From a virus: a stretch of DNA of 64,000 bases. Below, piece after piece: positions 58,856-64,000 of the stretch. The stretch is taken from IMG/VR virus record IMGVR_UViG_3300005337_000002. One strand, given 5' to 3'. Under the pieces are notes generated by a model, which was not told where the DNA came from, did no database searches, and was given only the letters and a program-made list of their open reading frames with translations. The position numbers and the translations under genes are program-made. The stretch's first letter is position 1. Each line of letters begins with the position of its first letter.

Positions 58856-59356
58856 TTATCCTTTCTCTGGAAGGGGTGTCCGTTGATTCCACGCCGCAAT
58901 CGCCTCATCCCACGTGAGGCCGTTCCAGGTTTGCACGCGGCAGCCATAGCAGGTCACGCGCCAGCCGCCGCCACTATCCAATGCGATGGCCTCTAACACC
59001 GGGGTGGCGATCACTACCGGTCCCCAGGGGCGTGGGCGCGGGGCACCTTGGCAGAAGGGGCAGGGGAGGAGCGCCTCGCGCGGCGGCGCCTGATCGCTAT
59101 GCAACGGTTCCAGGCGAGCGCTGAACTGGGCCAGATCCGGGCGGTCCTGCCACGCGGCAATCGCCTCCTCCCGCGTGAGTCCCTGCCGCGTCTGAATCCG
59201 GCAGTCCGTGCAGGTGACATGCCATCCCCCGCCGTGCTGTGACGGGCAGGGCAGGAGGACGGGCGGGCGTCCGCGCGGCGGCGGCGCCCCCTGGCAGAAG
59301 GGGCAGGGGAGCAGGGCGGGCTCCGCTAGTTGTTGAGCGCGTTCAGGGCATCCCAT
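58856..59356 (-). CDS. Tandem Lar-family restriction alleviation-like domains
   Basis: Two LLPCPFCQG...W.VTC..C...T.EEAIAAW.xR units. Confidence 0.8.
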   Translation of the reverse strand: MGCPERAQQLAEPALLPCPFCQGAPPPRGRPPVLLPCPSQHGGGWHVTCTDCRIQTRQGLTREEAIAAWQDRPDLAQFSARLEPLHSDQAPPREALLPCPFCQGAPRPRPWGPVVIATPVLEAIALDSGGGWRVTCYGCRVQTWNGLTWDEAIAAWNQRTPLPEKG

Positions 59357-60330
59357 TCCGGATCCTCCTTCTCAATATAGCGACATTCATACGCGAGTTG
59401 CGCCAGCATCCCCCCTGTCGCAAAGACGTTCACATTCCCATCCTTTCGGCCGTGCTCGCGGTATCCCCAGAACTGATCCACGAGGGCAATCGGATCGCAT
59501 GGCCCTGTCGCGAAGAGGATCGCTAGGGCGTCCCGCAAGATGGTCTCGATGCGGAGGAGCTGCGCCTCTTTCAGCAGGGGATGTGCTAGCGGTCCGTCCT
59601 CCGCCGCGTCTCGGTTCGCATAGCTCGTGTAATAGGCCTGGAGCATGTCATGTACCGCATCGGCAAGCTCGGGATCCGGCTCGGGATCGCGCGGCCGGGG
59701 AAAATGTCCAAGCCATTGCGTGCCGTCATGCCGACTCACGGCATCACCGTAGGTTTCTAAGGGCGTCGTATGTGCGTGTTTTCGTTTGTTTTGTCCTACG
59801 AAAACACCCTTATATCCCTCTTGTGTGTTCTTTTCTGAAACGTTCTTCTCTTGAGAGTTCTTTTTCTTAAGAACGTTCACCTCCTGAACACCCCTGTTCA
59901 TATCCTTGATACCCCTATTCACCTCATGAACAGGGTGATGCTGTCGTGCCGCTTTACTATTGGGGTAGGTTTCGAGATATTCCTCGAAGTTTTCCCGCCA
60001 GATATCGCAGATATGAATAATATCGGTTTGCCACTGCTCCCGATCCCGCTGCTCAATGGTGATGAGCCCGGCGCGCTCCAACTCTTGTTTCGCCTTGACC
60101 ACCGCGCCTCGACTCAGTTGTGCACCCGCTGCGAGCGTCGTGGTACTCTCGTTGCAGGGTTCAGCCTGGACACCCGTAATACATTTCAGATACACATAGA
60201 GACATCGTGCAGGCATGCTGAGCCCTTTGCCCATTTTGCCACGAATAAAGGTATTGGGGATCATTGTCCACCAAGCCTTTCCTGATCCGTCATCCACAAT
60301 ACGTGATCGCTGTTCATGGGATCCTTTCAT
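59326..60330 (-). CDS. Phage replication initiator (lambda O-like, N-terminal wHTH)
   Basis: WTMIPN...LS..ARCLYVYL...LA.GAQLSR..V..AKQELERAGLI; internal repeats and K/N-rich linker. Confidence 0.8.
   Translation of the reverse strand: MKGSHEQRSRIVDDGSGKAWWTMIPNTFIRGKMGKGLSMPARCLYVYLKCITGVQAEPCNESTTTLAAGAQLSRGAVVKAKQELERAGLITIEQRDREQWQTDIIHICDIWRENFEEYLETYPNSKAARQHHPVHEVNRGIKDMNRGVQEVNVLKKKNSQEKNVSEKNTQEGYKGVFVGQNKRKHAHTTPLETYGDAVSRHDGTQWLGHFPRPRDPEPDPELADAVHDMLQAYYTSYANRDAAEDGPLAHPLLKEAQLLRIETILRDALAILFATGPCDPIALVDQFWGYREHGRKDGNVNVFATGGMLAQLAYECRYIEKEDPEWDALNALNN
59820..59931. repeat. Iterons plus A/T-rich tract inside the initiator gene (putative origin)
   Basis: 21-bp period: GTTCACCTCCTGAACACCCCT / GTTCATATCCTTGATACCCCT / ATTCACCTCATGAAC, next to a T-rich segment. 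Confidence 0.7.
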
Positions 60331-60451
60331 GTCCTGCCGTTCCCCCAGATGCTTGCATCCTCGCGTCACTTTCTGCCATACTCATCTCCCGTAGTAGGCG
60401 GTTCGCTCAGCCGTCGCGTATCGAGTGGTAGGCTTGGCGCGACGGTGCCTC

Positions 60452-60739
60452 TTATGCGCTTTGCTCTGTATACTCCTCCTCATCAGACGGCTTGGGAAAA
60501 CGCCGCTTTTTAATCTTTTTGGGTGATGCAGGCTCTCCAATGAGCGCATCCAGCGTTACCCCCAGCGTTTTTGCCAGGCGCCCCGCAATATCCACGGCGA
60601 TCCGCGCCCCGTCCAGTCGCCCACATTCCAACGCACTAATCGTCGGCGGCGCCACACGTGCGCGCTTGGCGAGTTCACGCTGGAGCCACCCTCGCTGTTT
60701 CCGTAAGGCCCGCACCCGAGCCCCTACTGTATCCGGCAT
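60452..60739 (-). CDS. XRE-family HTH regulator (Cro-like position)
   Basis: VGARVRALRKQRGWLQRELAKRARV...LAKTLGVTLDALIG. Confidence 0.9.
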   Translation of the reverse strand: MPDTVGARVRALRKQRGWLQRELAKRARVAPPTISALECGRLDGARIAVDIAGRLAKTLGVTLDALIGEPASPKKIKKRRFPKPSDEEEYTEQSA

Positions 60740-60840
60740 AGCGATCCTCCTTTCACTGTCAGTATAAAGCATAGGGAAATTTTCTGCAATAAAAAATATC
60801 CTTGAATTTTACTACAATATTCTTTATACTCTTCCTTAGT
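60740..60840. promoter_or_regulatory. AT-rich divergent promoter for the right small-gene array
   Basis: TTGAAT (60802)-17 nt-TATACT (60825); inverted GTATAAAG/CTTTATAC. Confidence 0.7.
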
Positions 60841-61045
60841 ACGCCCCTGCTCCTTGATAGCCTCATACGCGACGATGTGACCGATGAACCGGAAGGGTAA
60901 GCTTCGGAGCACACACGGCTACCTATCTCGTCGCAGGAGCCTGCTTGCAGGGCAAGAGGCGTTTGGACTGCTCAGGATATGGGGGTAAGTCGGTGCGGCA
61001 TTGTGCAGAACTCTGGCGTCGACGCGTGTATAGCGAATGAGAGAC

Positions 61046-61099
61046 CTCTCGTCGGGGGACTACCCCTGTGAAGAGGGCTGTAACGCCCAGAAACGAGAG
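61046..61099 (+). ncRNA. Type III hammerhead-like RNA with variant core
   Basis: CUCUCGUC^GGGGG-ACUA-CCCCU-GUGAAGA-GGGC-UGUAAC-GCCC-A-GAAA-CGAGAG: three intact stems, core deviates. Confidence 0.6.
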
Positions 61100-61118
61100 C
61101 GCCCGAAGGAGCGATATC

Positions 61119-63932
61119 ATGGCAGTCCAAGAATTAGTAACCCGCCTGGGTACGGCAGAATTTTGGCAGGACGGCGAGGGAAAAATCGTGCTCATCTATC
61201 GTGACGGTGACCAGGACAGTCCCGTGCGGGATCTCCTGTCGATCGCGCCAAGCTTTCGCACGAAACGCGAGAGTGCAGTGGAGCACCTATTCAGGGAACT
61301 CGTGCGGTTGAATCCACGGCTGAAGGGTGAGAAGGTCACGAGAGAAGGCAACTGAAGGAGACACCGATGAGCTATCATCGTGGCCATGTGCGCGGCCCCA
61401 AGCGCGAGCGGACACACAGTCAGGACTGGTACGCCCCCATTCAGGAGGCGATCATTGCGCGGCTGGAGCAGGAAGAAGCGGCGACGCTCGCAGCCCTCCT
61501 CGCTGACACCACCTATCCTGAGCCGCTCTACGAGGCGGAACGTGCGTGGCAAGAACAACGCGCTATAGAGGAGCATAACCGCTGAACCCCCGCCAGCGGC
61601 AAGAGCGGATGTGACAGCATGAAGGTATGAAGGGAATGCACCTATGAAAACTGCGCAAGAATGGCAGGCGTATCTCGTGAGCAAAGGGGTGGCTGATACC
61701 AGCGATTTCTTTGCAATACTCAAAGACCTGGAAGCGCGGGAGCGGGAGACAGAGCAGGTACGCAGGGATCTGTCCGCAAAGCTGACGATTACTGAAGATG
61801 AGATCACAACCTGGAATGCCACGCAAGCGCGGCCCGTAGGCTTTCGGCGGCTGCCTTGCTAAGCAAGGCGTGACATCGCCATCTTTACACCTAGCGTAAA
61901 GATGGAAAAACAGCCCCCCCAGAAAGGACAGACGCATGACGGATGACACTGCCTCCATCTTCAGCGCCCAACTCTGTGGCGCCATCGACAATCTCACTGA
62001 GGCCGTGCGAGAGGTTGCCGCCCAACTGTACCCGCTGGCGGCCCTGGTCGCGACGACGAAAGCACTCGATGAGCATCTCACTGCGCTGATCGAAACGACA
62101 CGGTCCCTGCGGACACTCGTGACGCTGGCAGATGACGTGCACACCATTGCGCAGAGGCGCTAACACATATACCGGGGGGGGGCATATGCCCCCTCTTCGT
62201 AGGAGGCGATTGTGGAGAGTGACGAGCGCACTTACTTGCTGCGGGTTGCGCTCGCAGCACAAACGTTGCTTGGGCGTTTGGACACGCTTACCACGCAGGA
62301 GTGCAGTGCAGGCGGCGACAAGCCTGAGCGTGAGGCCTTACGCACGGCATTCCGTGGGACACCCGCGCGGCACCATGAGGAGGAGACCTATGCCGACCCA
62401 CATCTGTGACAGCGGCACCCGCTTCCATTACAACAGCGATCTCTCGGGCGATGTCCTGGTCCAGGTGGGGCGCGCTGGGGTCACGACGCACCATCCGGTC
62501 GCGATTCCTGGCCACGATCTGCTGGCCTTTGTGGCAGAATACGTCCGCCGGCGCAAGATCAACCAATGGGAAGATGCCTCCACCGCGGAGCTTCTCGGGC
62601 TGCCTTCACTTTAGAGAAAGGGCCTATTCTATGTATTGCGCGCTGCGCTGGACCCGCCACAACAACCAACGTCCCAAGCTCGACTATCTCAGTGATATTG
62701 CCACGCTGCTGCGGCTGGCGTACGAAGCAGGGCTGGCCCAAGAAGAGATCGTGATCCATGAATACGTCAACAGTGAGATGTATGGCGCATCCTGCACGCC
62801 TCTTTTTGACTCAGAGCCCCAGGCCCGCACAGCATAAAAAGCCCACGCGACGCAGAGAAAGGAAGACCTGATGCGCACCGCCCATGACTTCCAGATGTAT
62901 CCCTGCGATAGTTGTGGCGAAGAGCTATGTCCTGTCTGTGGGATCTATCGCCTTGCAGGACAGCCAGAAGACTGTTGGCAATTCCACATGAGCATCTGTG
63001 CCAGTATCGCTGATCGGGAAGACACACAACGCATGATCGACCCTGACGCCGATTGGCTGTAACCCGCACGCCCTGGGATGGCCCCAGGGCATACCCTCAC
63101 ATGCAGGAGCAGCGTATGTATCGCATTCTCGTTGTGACCTTTAATGGCGCGATCCATTGGCACGCAAGTTATATGAGTGACAGCATCCCTGATACGCAAG
63201 CGATGGCATGCCTGCCTCATGTGTGGCAGGTCGATATTTGGGATACCTCGCAGCAACAATACGTGTTCTAACCCTGGCGCCCTGGTCCGCCAGGGCATGG
63301 AGCAGAACGATGCAGCAGGATCTTTTCCTCAATCTGTTAACCCTTGCGGCGGACAGTCCCGCCCAACTCCGCCGCTCGGATGTCTACCGCGTGGTGCGTG
63401 ACGCCGAAGATATGGGGTGTGCGTCAGCTTTCTGTGACTGGCTGGCGGCGCTGCGCCCTGACCTCCAGACAGAAATTACTGAGTGCTTCGAGGAGCTGAG
63501 CACCACGCACTAACCCCACCGGGGCCACCCGGCCCCCAGCAGGAGACAACGGATGAGCAACATGGAAATGGCCTGTCGGCTGCGCATCGCTGACGCCTAT
63601 ACCTGCGCCTGCGTCACCGTTGCTGGCCCCATACAAGCCAACCTCAAGTGGGCAATATTTTGGCGCTATGCCCGCGCCATTGGCGTCAGAGACATTCCAC
63701 TTCATGGTCGAGTCCACCTAGACTTCACCTAAACATACGAGAGACTACCCAACTCCAAGGAGGAGCGCCAATGGAGAGTTACATAGACATCACGACGAAG
63801 GACGGCTATGCAGCGAGAATAACTGGCGATGATGCTGCCGTGCAGAAAGTTGAGGAGCTACTGACGGCGCAAGGATGGCAATGGAATGAGCAAGTATTGA
63901 CCTTAGACGAAGGATTTTATCCCACAGACTAA
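61119..63932 (+). other. Second array of small genes: 61119-61355, 61367-61585, 61644-61862, 61936-62163, 62212-62409, 62390-62614, 62631-62837, 62871-63062, 63116-63271, 63310-63513, 63553-63732, 63771-63932
   Basis: Most have a purine-rich RBS; two are paralogs of genes in the 17.9-27 kb array. Confidence 0.7.
63060..63296 (+). repeat. Two more TAACCC-N4-GCCCTGG..CCAGGGC hairpins (63060-63090, 63269-63296)
   Basis: They bracket the 63116-63271 gene. Confidence 0.7.
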
Positions 63933-64000
63933 CAGCATCAGCGCTGGCCGCTTCCGCCAAGAGTAGGCCAGCGCTGGCTGATTCCCCCTACGCTTCAAGG

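Noticed and set aside
1-64000. Many long overlapping or antisense ORFs (e.g. 11029..12012, 33187..34092, 43652..44755, 45782..46792, 49839..50831)
   Set aside because: Shadow frames of GC-rich genes, with Arg/Pro/Gly-rich composition and no motifs.
1-64000. tRNA, rRNA, reverse transcriptase/DGR, IS transposase, portal/capsid genes, host assignment
   Set aside because: None recognised by eye. tRNAscan and HMM searches are needed to be sure, and no marker gene allows a host call.

Overview
The whole 64 kb reads as one GC-rich, mosaic mobile element. I saw no host housekeeping genes, rRNA, tRNA or CRISPR array. It mixes phage-type and conjugative modules. (i) 0.2-7.2 kb: XRE regulator, primase-type Zn finger, DUF3987 helicase-like gene and T5orf172 gene, then a repeat-rich putative origin and an RHH / adenine MTase / PD-(D/E)XK / ParB operon. 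(ii) 8-12.9 kb: XRE, ParB, SAM MTase, TAGT/GREB1-like glycosyltransferase, TerS and TerL; no portal or capsid gene is visible in the window. (iii) 17.6-27.1 kb and 60.8-64 kb: two homologous arrays of small early/leading-region genes (the left one with an ArdC-like domain, HNH genes and an MTase-like gene). Their intergenic spaces hold self-cleaving ribozyme folds (two twisters, a canonical type III hammerhead, a variant hammerhead) and a repeated stop-codon-linked hairpin. (iv) 28.4-45.9 kb: an F/G-like type IV secretion operon with coupling protein but no HUH relaxase, facing a tyrosine recombinase and a long structured non-coding region. (v) 47.6-60.7 kb: a phage-like leftward operon with a lambda-O-like initiator containing iterons, Lar-like, PHAX-like and truncated TIR-like genes, and a methyltransferase carrying five catalytic-motif cassettes. 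The strongest candidates for undescribed biology are the ribozyme-punctuated early arrays, the five-cassette MTase, and the terminase + T4SS hybrid that may use a tyrosine recombinase as relaxase. All family calls come from motif recognition by eye, not database searches.
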